A stretch of DNA of 64,000 bases from Eledone cirrhosa (lineage: Eukaryota), in assembly GCA_964016885.1 (NCBI GenBank), contig OZ024742.1, forward strand, positions 218,984,001-219,048,000. The letters are read 5' to 3'. The position numbers were made by a program, and so were the translations under genes. A model generated the notes under the pieces. It was not told the DNA's origin, searched no databases, and saw only the letters and a program-made list of their open reading frames with translations. This document shows positions 26,003 through 38,303 of this stretch, in pieces (position 1 is the first letter of the stretch; every line of letters starts with the position of its first letter).

Positions 26003-28320
26003 CTAGAGCGGGTAAAATTCCCGAGATCCATGGACGAGTTCTCTCCAGCGGTCTCTGTCCCTCATCATCGCTGCCATGTCCTGCGTCTCCAACAGACCAG
26101 TGTCTGTCCTTAGGGCATCAACATACGTTAACCTTGGTCTTCTTCTTCCAGTGTGTCCATGTAGGGGCTCCCACAGGAGCACTGAGTGCAATGTCAACTC
26201 TAGATGTCGGTGAGCATGTCCAGCTAACCAGTCTCCTCTGTGTCACTTTTGAGCTAACTTTTGGGAGGCTCCCATACAGCTCTGAGTTTTTCATCCTCAG
26301 CGTATACTGATCAATGTTCAGAGCCATCCTCAGCATTCTCGTGTAGCACCCATCCACCATCTGAGTGAGTTTCTTGGTCAGTGTCCAAATCTTAGACCCG
26401 TACAGCAGCACAGACTCCACTACAGCAATGAAGAGGCGGATTTTCAGGTCTTTACGAAGGTCCGACTTCCACACCGATCTCAAGCTGTGGCACGCCGCCC
26501 AGGCTTTGCTCTTACTCTCAACCACATCATCTTCCGTATTCCCAATCTTCAACCAATTCTAGCGGCTTCCCGCCTACATTAGTGATCCCCTCTGGCTTCT
26601 CAATATTCTCTACCAGATATTTTGTTTTAGTCTCATTCATTCTCAGCCCCACACTCATTGACACAGTCTCAACCTCCTGCATCAAATCCTCTGCCTCCTT
26701 CACTGTATTTGTCACCAAAACTATGTCGTCGGCAAACTCAGCATCCGATATCTTTTTCGCCTTAACTCTCCTGCTCTGAGCCGGTGCTACAGTAAAGCCA
26801 GAGTCCTGGTGTTTCTCCAGTGCAAGGCGCATACAATAGTCCACTACGATGATAAAAAGGTAGGGAGCCAATGTATCTCCCTGGAGCACTCCAGCCAGTA
26901 TCTCAAAGAACTCTGTCATCCCATCAGGTGTAGCGACCAACCTAAGGTTTAGGAAGAATCCGGGGAAGATGTGGACCTACATCTCAGATATGCACCTGTC
27001 CAAGTCCCAGATTGATTTCATTCTGGTGAGGAAAAAGTGGCGGAATAGTGTTCTGAACACAGAACCATACAACTATTTCAGTACACTGGGTAGTGACCAC
27101 CGACTTGTTATGAGTGAGGTCTGGGTGAGCTTAAGAAAGAGCAAGGCTCAGCCCCGGAGAGCAATCTATGACCGGGGAGCTTTCAAGGAAGATGATAAGC
27201 TACAGGAGAGGTTCACAGTGGAAGTGAGGAACAGGTTCAGTGCTCTGTGTGGAGAGACAGAGGAGAGAGAGAGATTGGATGGACTGAGGAGAGTGTGACG
27301 AGGAAGTACGGGCACTTCACCAATGCAGTGGCGGAAGCAAGTGAGACCCTGGTGCCGAGGAGAAAGAACAGGAAGGACGTCAGCTCTGCAGACCCAAAAG
27401 TGTGTGCAGCCAGAGAACACCTGAAAGCTGCCAAGGACCAATTCTATGTTGATCCTACGGAGGAGAGGATGGAGATTGTGGAGGTGATGAGGGAAGAACT
27501 CTGTACCGCTTACACTGAGGCCAGAGAGGAGGCACTGATAGAGAAGATCAGAAGTGTGGAGAGAGCGGTTGACAGGTCTGGATGTAAGGAGAGCTAGATG
27601 ATCATCAACGAGATCATAGGGAAGAAGGGAAGGTGTTAGAGTCAGATACAGGGAACGGGGCCCAAGGATAGGAAGAGGAAATGGCTAGACCATTTTAGGA
27701 CCCTACTAGGAAAGCCGCCCTCCACAGCCCAGAGCACTGGGGAGATCAGGCGGCTGTTTGAAGAACTGGATATTGAGACAGAGCCCTTCACCAGAGAGGA
27801 GCTTCAGAGAACCAAGAAGATCAAGGAGGGCAAGGCTCATGGAGAAGATGGAGTGGCATCAGAGGTGATGAAGAGGTGTGATTTTGATGATATCATCCTG
27901 GGGTTCTCTAACCAGGCACTGGAGAAAGGAGTTGCCCCGAATCAGTGGAGGATCAGTAACATCGTCCCAGTTCCAAAGAAGGGAGATCTCTCTAACACCA
28001 ACAACTACAGAGGAATCTCACTGACGTCACTTGTGGCAAAGACCCTCAACAGGATGATTCTTAACAGGATCCAGCCTGAGATGGAGAAGAAGCTCAGGGA
28101 CAACCAGAACGGCTTCAGAGAGGGAAGATCAACCACCAGTCACATCCTGATGCTGAGGAGGATATTAGAGGGAGCTAGAGCAAAGTGCCTTCCTGCGGTC
28201 ATGGTTTTCATTGACTTTAGGAAGGCCTTTGATTCTGTGGACCGTCACTGCCTGATGAAGATCTTACAGGCTTATGGAATCCCCAAGAAGATAGTGGACC
28301 TGATATCACTGCTCTACTGT
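26003..28320. mobile_element. RTE-clade LINE, 5'-truncated, with inverted 5' half: 26003-26938 (-) is RT C-half and end; 26939-28320 (+) is EN end and RT N-half
   Basis: Plus: IDFILV, SDH, NYRGISL, QNGFR, FIDFRKAFDSV. Minus: GVLQGDTLAPYLF, FADD, ESVLLYG, GRRRPRLTY. Confidence 0.9.
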
Positions 28321-28468
28321 CGCGGAGGTTGCGGGCGCGCTTAAAAGCAGTAATGGGTGTGTTTGGAAAAAAAGCGAGAAGTGACAGGGTCAGAAGAGAG
28401 GATTCGGATGGAACGGAGGATATGTCGCCGGTGTGGTAGGTGAGAGGGAAAGGAACGCAGGTGTTGGG

Positions 28469-28554
<86 letters not shown>

Positions 28555-28611
28555 AGTAAGAAGAAACCGGCATTACATTTTCTGCTTTAGTTTATTGTCT
28601 GACAAAAACGC

Positions 28612-28792
28612 ATTACAGTATCGGTAGAGTTCGGATGCTATGCTTTCTACCATAGAGGTATGTCCCTTAGCCGTCTGATTTCAAATCCCATCGAGGTTAA
28701 CTTTGCCTTTCATCCTTACGGGTTCGATAAAATAAGGTACCAGTAATGCACTGGGATAATTGATGGCCGTGTGCCAAAAATAGAAACAATTA
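28612..28792 (+). mobile_element. tRNA-derived SINE family 1
   Basis: Consensus match. Confidence 0.85.
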
Positions 28793-28829
<37 letters not shown>

Positions 28830-28867
28830 AGGAGGTTATAGTTCACTTGAAGCATTGTGTAATGAGG

Positions 28868-29225
28868 TATAAACGTTTGTATATGTATAATAAAGCCAAA
28901 ACAATGCAGGTATGGACATAGAATAAAGAATGCAAATGCAAAAGATATTGTCGACAATTAGTCTTTTAGCTTAGATTTATTTAAATGTCCTTAATTTTCG
29001 AGATAATATCTCTTCTTCGGAGGGATGTAAAAGGTTAAACCAGTGTTCTAAATAGCTTGTTTAACCGCTTTACATCCCTTCGAAGAAGAGATATTATCTC
29101 GAAAATTAAGGACATTTAAATAAATCTAAGGTAAAAGACTAATTGTCAACAATATCTTTTTTATTTGCATTCTTTATTCTATGTCCATACCTGCATTGTT
29201 TTGGCTTTATTATACATATACAAAC

Positions 29226-29232
<7 letters not shown>
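28868..29232. mobile_element. Fold-back PLE-like insert; about 172-bp arms with two divergent minimal HHRs (28989-29023 -, 29077-29111 +)
   Basis: ccu-CCGAAGA (or UCGAAGA)-a-gagau auu aucuc-GAAA-au-UA-agg in each arm. Confidence 0.75.
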
Positions 29233-29266
<34 letters not shown>

Positions 29267-29398
29267 CAATGAGTTATTTAATTTGTTGATTATTCAACCA
29301 ATTTAGTTTATAACAGATTAGAAGCACTCAACAATGTTCTTCTGGAGTATAATATCAATAATATTAATAAATGGAAACTATCTTTATAAAACCATATT

Positions 29399-29459
29399 TA
29401 TTTTATTATATATATTTCAAGGGTACCAACATTTTGGTACGCTCTCATCAGATAAAATA
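29399..29459 (-). ncRNA. Type I hammerhead
   Basis: uauuuuau-CUGAUGA-gag c guacca..ugguac c cuu-GAAA-u auau a-UA-auaaaaua. Stem I is 8 bp perfect; stem III is palindromic. Confidence 0.8.
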
Positions 29460-29679
29460 CAAAACTTGTTTTACAGATCGTGACATATTCAAACTAGAAC
29501 TTAATGTTTTGAGTTCTGTTTGAATAGTGAAGAAGAACTTCAAATCAGAAGATGAATATGCTAATGAGGATAACGTTAAAATTGAAAAAGATCGTTATGT
29601 TTAGATGCTAGGTAATTTAAAATAATTATTAGGATTATTTTTTTTATAAGGAAAAGAAAATAGAGGTTATTATTAGGGT

Positions 29680-29865
29680 GGGGATTGGCAGGATCGGTAG
29701 AGGGTCGGACGCCATGCTTTCCAGCATAGTTACCTCTCTTTGCGGTCTGAGTTCAAATCCCGCCGAGGTTAACTTTGCCTTTCATCCTTACGGGGTCGAT
29801 AAAATAAAGTACCACTAATGTACTGGGTAATTGATGGTCTTGTGCCAAAAGTAGAAACAATTATT
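29680..29865 (+). mobile_element. tRNA-derived SINE family 1
   Basis: Consensus match; TSD attattagggtgg. Confidence 0.9.
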
Positions 29866-30149
29866 AGGGTGGAAGAAAATTTAAGGAAAGATTTTAAGAA
29901 AAAAAATATATTATAGTTAATAACAGACTATTTATATGAATATACGTATATAATTGTCCGGAACATATTTGTGAGGGTGTAGAGAGAATGAAATAATTAT
30001 ATTTATTTTAATATTTAATTATATATTTTGGAAGTATTTATAATATAATGTGTGAATTATAAATAAATGTGTAAAGTGAGAGAATATTAATTAAAAATGT
30101 GGGAGATAAATAAATGTGAGAGATAAATAAAAAAAAATGTGTGTGTGTA

Positions 30150-30378
30150 TACATATAATTGTATATACATATATAAATATACACGCATGAATGCGTATAT
30201 AACACACATACACATCTACAGGTAAATACACATATGTTCACCAAACGTACATATAGCAAAACCCTTTGTACACAACTACACGCCATACATACGTGCAAAC
30301 ACACGTACACACTCATACATAGCCATATATACACATATACAAAACATACAGCAACACATACACAAACCCAACGATAAT

Positions 30379-30429
<51 letters not shown>

Positions 30430-30900
30430 TACACATACATATACATATATAAACATACATATACATAAACACCCACATATATAAAAATATCTATATAAAT
30501 CCACACACGCAAAACAGATATAATACACGTACATACACATACACATACACATACACGCATACCCATACATCCACACACACACACACATACGCAGACACCC
30601 ACACACACAAGCACACGCACAGACACATATGTGTATATATATATATACACACACACACACATATATACACAAATATACAATATATACATAAATATACACA
30701 AATATATATATACACAGATACACATATACGCATACAAATATACACCCACAGAGACGAAATATACATATACACATAACTATATACACACATACCAGTATAT
30801 ATAATATATACTCCTATAGCACATACAAGCATATATACGTACGATAAAGTATAAGTACCTTCACAAAACATACAGGTAAAATATACTTACCTATACAAAT
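30150..30900. repeat. Degenerate (CA/TA)n low-complexity tract
   Basis: Direct read; the overlapping ORFs are microsatellite artefacts. Confidence 0.9.
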
Positions 30901-30929
30901 AAGTAATGGTAAACATAAAATATACTTAG

Positions 30930-31920
30930 CTACCACATCAAGACGTAAATTATCCGCGTATTGTTCGTACTATCCGTTAGGATATAATGTGTGGCTGTAA
31001 TACAGGAAAGTTTTATGCAATTGTGTTTACAAGCCGAAATTGCCTCAAATTTTTTGTTTAAGATGTGATCATTGGCGTAGAGTATTTCTAGGGCTTCAGC
31101 GGCGCAAAGATCGCATGGTCTTTTATTTCCGTTATAGGATCTAGCTTTGGCTAGGATCTCCCAGTGTAACCTATATTGGGTGTGGTTGTCTTTTAGACTC
31201 CAGATATAAGCTGAAAGCGACGTCATGTTCCTTCTTAAGGGGTTAAGAAAAGAATGGGTGTGCATGTAAAGACGCTGCTTGAATCTATTGGCGGTTAACC
31301 CTATGTAGGCCCTATTAGACGTGGGTGTGTCGACCTTACATTTGTAGACACTGTTAGTGGAGAGGCATTTCCCGGATAGAGGGCAGTCAACCCGTTTCCT
31401 ACAATTACAGTTAGTAATAGCTAGAGGGTTGCACGTGTTACTACGGCTAGGTAATTTAGCTAAATTTGAAGCAGTGCAAATTTAGGAGTTGTGGAGTAAG
31501 ATATTTTAACGGTATTTCTATTAAAAAAGGTTATTATATTTATGTGCTGAGGGGAAATGCTTCCTAATAAGGGAGAGACAGATTTTAGCTAAAGGTGTGG
31601 CCACCTCCATATTATATGGTGGGTTATACCATGTAATGTGTCGGGATCTATTTTTCCTAGCTTTATGCTCATACTTAGTATATGCTACCTTATCGACAAA
31701 TCCACTCCGAGCCAGAGCTTCATTGTAATATGTGGAATGGTCGGTGAAAATATGCTGGTTTGTAGAAAGACGAGAAAACCTAAAAAAAAACGTTTCTACC
31801 AGGTTCTTGGTTATGCTGGCAGGATGGTTAGAATGCTTACTGATGTAATTAAGCGTATCATTCGGCTTTCTATACGGGTAGTGCAAGCCATTCGACAAAT
31901 TTAGGGTAACATAGTTTTCT
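30930..31920 (-). mobile_element. Penelope-like element ORF remnant: RT thumb, Cys linker and GIY-YIG endonuclease
   Basis: YRKPN..YISKHSNHP (thumb); WYNPPY; manual translation of 31260-31415 gives CNCRKRVDCPLSGKC..SVYKCKV..AYIGLTANRFKQR; TSLSAYIW..WEIL..CDLC..E..LNKK. Confidence 0.88.
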
Positions 31921-32258
31921 CTTTGCGTGTAATTGTTCTCCACGGTCCACATAACGACATATTATCTTCGCTTTTTTCCGTTCATTGCCAGGGAACATCT
32001 TCACGAGCCAAAGTATCGTCTTCCTGTTTTCCTTCGGTTGCAACGTTTTTCGAAATATTTACTTCTGCGTTCACAGATTGATTGTTTTAGTTTCAGAAGA
32101 AGTCGTTAAGGGTGAAAGCAGCGATTATTTGCTTAAACTTTAATCTGTTATTTTAATTAATATTTGCTCTGGGGTTCTTATATATTTGATATATATTTAT
32201 CCTTATCGAGCCCTCTTTGGATTTTAGTTTTCGTATTTATTATTATTACTATATATAT

Positions 32259-32357
<99 letters not shown>

Positions 32358-32426
32358 AGTAAGTAAGACCCCGACGGCTGAGCTCAAGCCGCTTCGACGG
32401 CTAATTCTGTACATTATATATATATA

Positions 32427-32656
32427 TAATGTATAAAAATCAATACAATATAATTACCTCATTACCAGAGGTTTCCCGTGCCTCGTCTGACGAACGAATG
32501 AAGACGTTTCTTTCGTATTCGCCTCATTCGGGAAACCTCTGGTAATGAGGTAATTATATTGTATTGATTTTTATACATTAAATTTTGCTCTGATACTTAC
32601 ATAGAGCACTCTTCACTTCTATGACCTTTTCTGTTTTCAACGGAAATTTCAATACC

Positions 32657-32660
<4 letters not shown>
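32427..32660 (+). mobile_element. PLE-like insert with 52-bp inverted 5' arm
   Basis: 32427-32478 is the reverse complement of 32529-32580; (TA)n flanks. Confidence 0.75.
32481..32550 (+). ncRNA. Type I hammerhead, long stem II
   Basis: ccucgu-CUGACGA-a cgaauga..ucauucg g-GAAA-c cucug g-UA-augagg. Confidence 0.8.
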
Positions 32661-32687
<27 letters not shown>

Positions 32688-33442
32688 ATAATAAGGCATA
32701 TATATAGGCATATATATAAGTGTGTGTGTGTATTATATATTAAAATTAAATAAGAAAAACTCTAATTACGGGAGTATAAGCAAGATAGACAGAAAACGTT
32801 TTCCCTCTAACTTCGCTTATATATAGATCTCCCTATTATGGTTTTGTATGGGGACGAACCATTATTGGAAAGGAATTACTAATAATTCAAGGTTGGGTGG
32901 GCGGTAGATTCTTCGAGTCTAAGAGAAATGGAACAAGATACAATAAACCACGACAGTAGGCAATATAATATCATGTGTAGTGATACGTTCTCAAATTTCC
33001 TAATATATTATGACTACATGACAGGCTTAAAATGTCACTAGAAATAACAGCTTAAAGACCGTCTCGTACAACACGACAAATTCCATAGTTTTATATTAAT
33101 TAAAACAGTTCTAGTCCTGTAGAAGCAATTTCTATATTAAATATTTATACTCTGCCTTGTATTGAGTACCTTACTTACTGTAGTTACCCCCGATTGAACC
33201 CGGGATATCTTTTCACCACTTGTTTTTAACTTAGGTTTTCCAACTCATGTTTTATTACTATTTTTTGGCCACTACCTCCCCTCTCACGTCCCTCTCGGAG
33301 TTCCTCCTTCTCCTTCCCACCACTCTCTTGACGAAGGGCTTATGCCCGAAACGTCGCACTGACACCACCACCCACTCTCAATAAGCGTGAACCTAATACC
33401 TTTTGTAACTTGACTTCTGTGTTGTTGTTGTTTCTTACTTTC

Positions 33443-33531
<89 letters not shown>

Positions 33532-34324
33532 AATATATATATAAACTATAGTAAAGCAAGGAGTGCAGGACTGCGTCCAGAATATTTTTTTTTTTCATCC
33601 CGCTTGTAAACTAAGCTGGATTACTTTGAATAAATAATGAATGAATATTACATAATTTATCTACTAAATTTCGTTATTCTTGATTAAATATAAATAACTT
33701 TGTTGCTTATTTTAAGATTCACTTCTTTAAAATTTTCAAACGTCAACACTTCCGGTTAGCGATCGCTTAAATAAACATTCATATATTTCCGTCATAATTT
33801 TCTCCTAATGTAATTTATATATAATATCGTCTTTTTTTAATGTATCAGGGATTACGTTACTGATTACATAAGACAGTGTAACGCAGTCTTCGTTCGATTT
33901 CTGTGTACATTATCAATTACGATTTTATTTGATGTATCATATCTACATGCATATATACTTGCGTATAATATCAATATACACATGCTAGCAGAAAACCACC
34001 CGAGGGGTGGTTTTTCTGCTAGTATATATAATTAAAGTAAGGGGTTAACCGAACAAGGATGTGCGGACCACATAACCGTCTGTCGGTAGTGAAGTAAATA
34101 AATGAAAGCTCTCCACGACCTGCATAAAAGTGCAAACCAGTGCATTATATATCAATTAAAATCCGAGGCTATATTCATTTATTTTTTGTTTATTAAAATC
34201 CGTTATATATATTTCGCTGAGGACGGTCAGTTATCTCAGCCTGAGCTTCTCAAACGGTAAACCTAAAAAACAATGAAAAACCTTTAAATTTCGAAAAAGT
34301 TTACTTTACTTGTTTTGCTACAGC

Positions 34325-35545
34325 GGGTCGACCGGGTGACTGGGGATGACAATTGGGGAAATAACATCACAGAGAAAATGACACCCATAGCCCTTAGTCC
34401 CCAGGTGGCAGATAGAGGAACTGCCTTCAGATAAGAAGGTTAGCTGCGAATATATTGAATAAAAATAGACCAAATCCTAGGTTACTTATTTGGCATAGTA
34501 CTTGACAGTCATGAAACCAGGCAAACCAGCTGGGATTGAATGGCTAATTATAGACCTAACTATAGACCTACACAAAGCTCACAAATTTCAACATTCTACG
34601 TTCCAGCGAAAATGGATTTCGGCTATCTCACTCTACTACGCCACACACTTTGGCTCTAAAAAGGATTGTTGAGGATGTAGGGAATCACCAAAAGAAAGCA
34701 GCAGTTTTATTCATAGCTTTCAAGAAGACATTTGATTCGTTCGACCGGAAAAAAGATGCTCAAAAATTTGTTTCCTTTCGGGATACCTCATCAGATTTTG
34801 AATGCAATTAAAGTCATGTAAGAGAATAATTCAACACTTGTAATGGACACCTGAAGGAATCTCAGACATATTCTCCATCGATATAGGAGGCCTTTTTGTT
34901 GATTTGCTTTGATTATGTATTCTGTAATGCCATTGCATCATCAGACAGGATAATGCTGATAAGTTGGCAAAGTCCCAGACACCTGGTGGAAGTGCTACCT
35001 GAACTAGGAAACACCACCAAAAAATAGACAACATATTGTCGTAGCTGTAGCGCAGTCCATTGGACTCTTCTTGAATATTGACAAAACAAAAATCAGAGAT
35101 TGAAGAATTAGATTACTTCTTATAATTTGGTAGTTTCATGAACACGGAACACTATGTGGATACCTGGATAGGCAAGGCATGAGGAGCTCTGAACACCCTA
35201 TCGAAGACTTGGGGTTTCCGATCAAGAAAACAACGAAAATGAGTCTTGGACACGAAGAAAAACACTCACAAAGATCAATGGCGCATACACGCGCATGCTG
35301 AAAGAGACCCAGAATATAGCCTGGAAAGGTCGAGAACATATCCTGGAAAGCACGTTCTACATTTCACATCCACGCCTTTCTGACATCATAAGGTGGAGGG
35401 GGCTTGCAATAGCTGGACATGTGAAACGTCGGCATGTACTTGCTGGCAGAGTTCTCTGGAAACCAGCTGTATGCAGACAAGCTTGTAGGCCAAACACCAC
35501 ACTGAGGGACGTCGTCGAGGATGACACCGGACTGGAGGCAGAGGA
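34325..35545 (+). mobile_element. Heavily decayed, internally deleted RTE-clade LINE with 5'UTR-like motif
   Basis: Fragments ENGFR-like, FKKTFDSFDR, GAYTRML, AGHVKR resemble the RTE at 26003-28320. Confidence 0.65.
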
Positions 35546-35614
35546 ACAGAGGAAGAGGAGGAGGAGGAGGAGGAGGAGGAGGAGGAGGAGGAGGAGGAGG
35601 AGGAGGAGAAGAAG

Positions 35615-35645
<31 letters not shown>

Positions 35646-36251
35646 GATGGTTTGTGAAGATAAGGGAAGGCAGAAGTAGAGTGTGAAGAGTAAGGAAAGA
35701 GGAGAGAGAGTGTGAAGAAAAAGACATTAAAGATTGCTTATAAAAGAAAAAATACAATAGAAGCCCAAAGTTCATTGAACTTTGATTTAATTGATCCAGT
35801 GGCTTTTATTAAGTAAAAGGTAGTTGTGTGTAATGGACTGTGAATGATTCTAGCGAAGAAGTATGAAGCATTTCTATATTTTATGATCTGAATATTATTA
35901 TTTTAGCCTGTTTGTAGTATATTACTAGCAGAATGGTATTTTGAGACACACACACACACACACACACGTGCACACACACACACATATATATACACACACA
36001 TACACACACACACAAACACACACACAATCATACACACACACACACGCATACACACGCATTCAGAGTAGTAGTAGTAGTAGTAGTAATAGTAGTACCAATG
36101 TGTGTGTGTGAAGGTATGTGGCTTAGTAGTTAGGGTATTCTGCTCGAAATCGTGAAATCGTGAGTTTGAATCGCGGCAGAGTTTTGTATGTTTGATACTT
36201 TAATTGGCTGGCAAAAATAAGTTGTACATGTAATTCACTATATATATATAT

Positions 36252-36292
<41 letters not shown>

Positions 36293-36466
36293 CTTCGATT
36301 TTTTTTCTTTACTTGGACCTCCTTTATTTCTGTTTTTCCTTTGTGATCCTGTCTCTATTTTGTACTCTTTAAGAAGGGCTTAAGCCCGACACGTCGAACA
36401 TTCTTTCCCCTTTTCCATATAAAGCGTGAAACTAATAAGACTTTTTCTATCTCTGTTATCTCCTTG

Positions 36467-36551
<85 letters not shown>

Positions 36552-36569
36552 AATTCCAGCAGCATAAGT

Positions 36570-38268
36570 TTTAACTGTGGTATTTTTCAACGTAATTTGC
36601 TTTCTCCGCTGATATTTTTGCATTGCACTCACACCACTGTCTTTAGAGCTCAAGGAAACAAAATATGGCTACAAAATCAACATCAAGACCATAAATCGCC
36701 CATTGTATTTGAATGTCTTGAAGCTGTATGCCAAAACGAATTGGAAGGGCTGGTGAAGACAGTTAAAGTGTACAGCAATGATGTGGGGATGGAGTTTGGA
36801 CTAGAAAAATGCGCCAAAGCAACATTCAAGAAAAGCAGAATGACAAGCACAAACTCAATGGAAATAGATGTGAATACAGTGATTAGGGAACTAGAGCAGG
36901 GACAAGCCTACAGGTATCTAGAGATCAATGAAGGCCAAGGTATTCACCACACCAGCATGAAAGAGAGAATGAGGAAGGAATGTTATCAGAGAGTACGTGC
37001 TATCATGAAAACGGAGCTTTACTTGAGAAATAAATTATCTGCCATAATGCGCTTGCAATCCTTGTTGTCACCTACAGTTTCAATATTATAAATAGGAAGG
37101 TTAACGAAATTAAGGGAATAAACACCAAAATCGGGAAACTTTTGACCTGTAATAGATTACATCACCCAAAAGCAGATGTGGATCGCCTCTATCTCTCTAG
37201 ACAAAATGGGAGTGGAGGAATGATCCAGCTAGAACTTTCATACAGGATATCGAGTACCTTAAAACCACAGATGACTGGATGATGGAAATGGTTGCAGTTT
37301 ACGAAAGGAAGATGAGGCTACATTCAGTCACAAAGGAAAATGGGAAGTTTGCGGAAGAACTGGGAATACAATTTGAAAGTAATGGAGATTCTGCAATTAA
37401 TGCTGCAGAGAATATCAAAGTGTTGGCCCAACAGAGACTGTGCACTAAATGGGAGCAAAAACCGCTGCGGAGTTCTGGGCTAAATGTTGAGTGTGAGGGC
37501 TTCATTTTGGCTGCGCAAGACCAGTGTCTCCCAACAAGCAACTTTCAAGCCAATGTGATCATAAATGGAACTAACCCAAAGTGTAATTCTGTGATGACCA
37601 TGTTGAGACCATAGACCACCTGGTTTCAGGTTACAAGGTATTAGTTGCCCAGGAAAGCAAAACGAGACATGATAGAGTGGGGCAATATTTACACTGTGTA
37701 GTATGCAGGTTTTATGGTCCGAAATGGAGGGAAAATGGTACAACCATCATCCAGATGCACTAACAATCCTCTGGAATTTCCCTGTGAATACTGACAGAAC
37801 AACCAAGGCCAACAGACATGATATAATTGTGAAGGATCGTAAATAGTAAACATGTTTCTTAATTGACATGAGCATTCCATCAGATCGTAGCACCTCCTCG
37901 AAAGAATTCGGAAAGCTCTGTAGTATAAAGATCTATCAATTGAAATTGAGAAAATGTGGCCCCTTAAGTGATAATCGGTACACTTAGAATGGTAAAAAAG
38001 GGTACTGAAAAATGTTGGGACCGGATACCTGGAAAGCCATCTCTGGAAGGGATACAGAAAAATGAGTGCTGACTGGCACTGTCCATGTCCTGAGAAGGGC
38101 ATTATCAATTTAAAACATTTGCTAGGACATTTACTATTGTTTATGGCCTTATGGCATCATTTGTGTGACAATTGATTGTAAAATGTGTGTATTATGGAAT
38201 TGTACTTCAGGTGCCAGGTTGACACTCGGCATGGTTTGGGAAAGTAACAGAACTCAGTGGAAGTTTCA
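36570..38268 (+). mobile_element. R4/Dong-like LINE (RT plus restriction-like endonuclease), decayed copy 1
   Basis: GIFQ..LSPL; GMEFGLEKCA; HPKADVDRLY; EGFILAAQDQ; followed by a (TAA)n-like tail. Confidence 0.8.
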
Positions 38269-38303
38269 AATAATAATGATAATAATTATAAAATTATAAT
38301 AAT

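Noticed and set aside
30038-30871. Long ORFs rich in YI/CV/HT (also near 32.2, 33.3, 35.4, 40.5, 49.3 and 52.3 kb)
   Set aside because: Translations of microsatellites.
32085-32130. cagaaga..gaaa motif shared with 18440-18470
   Set aside because: Dispersed repeat, but the core reads CAGA in both copies and stems I and III do not form.
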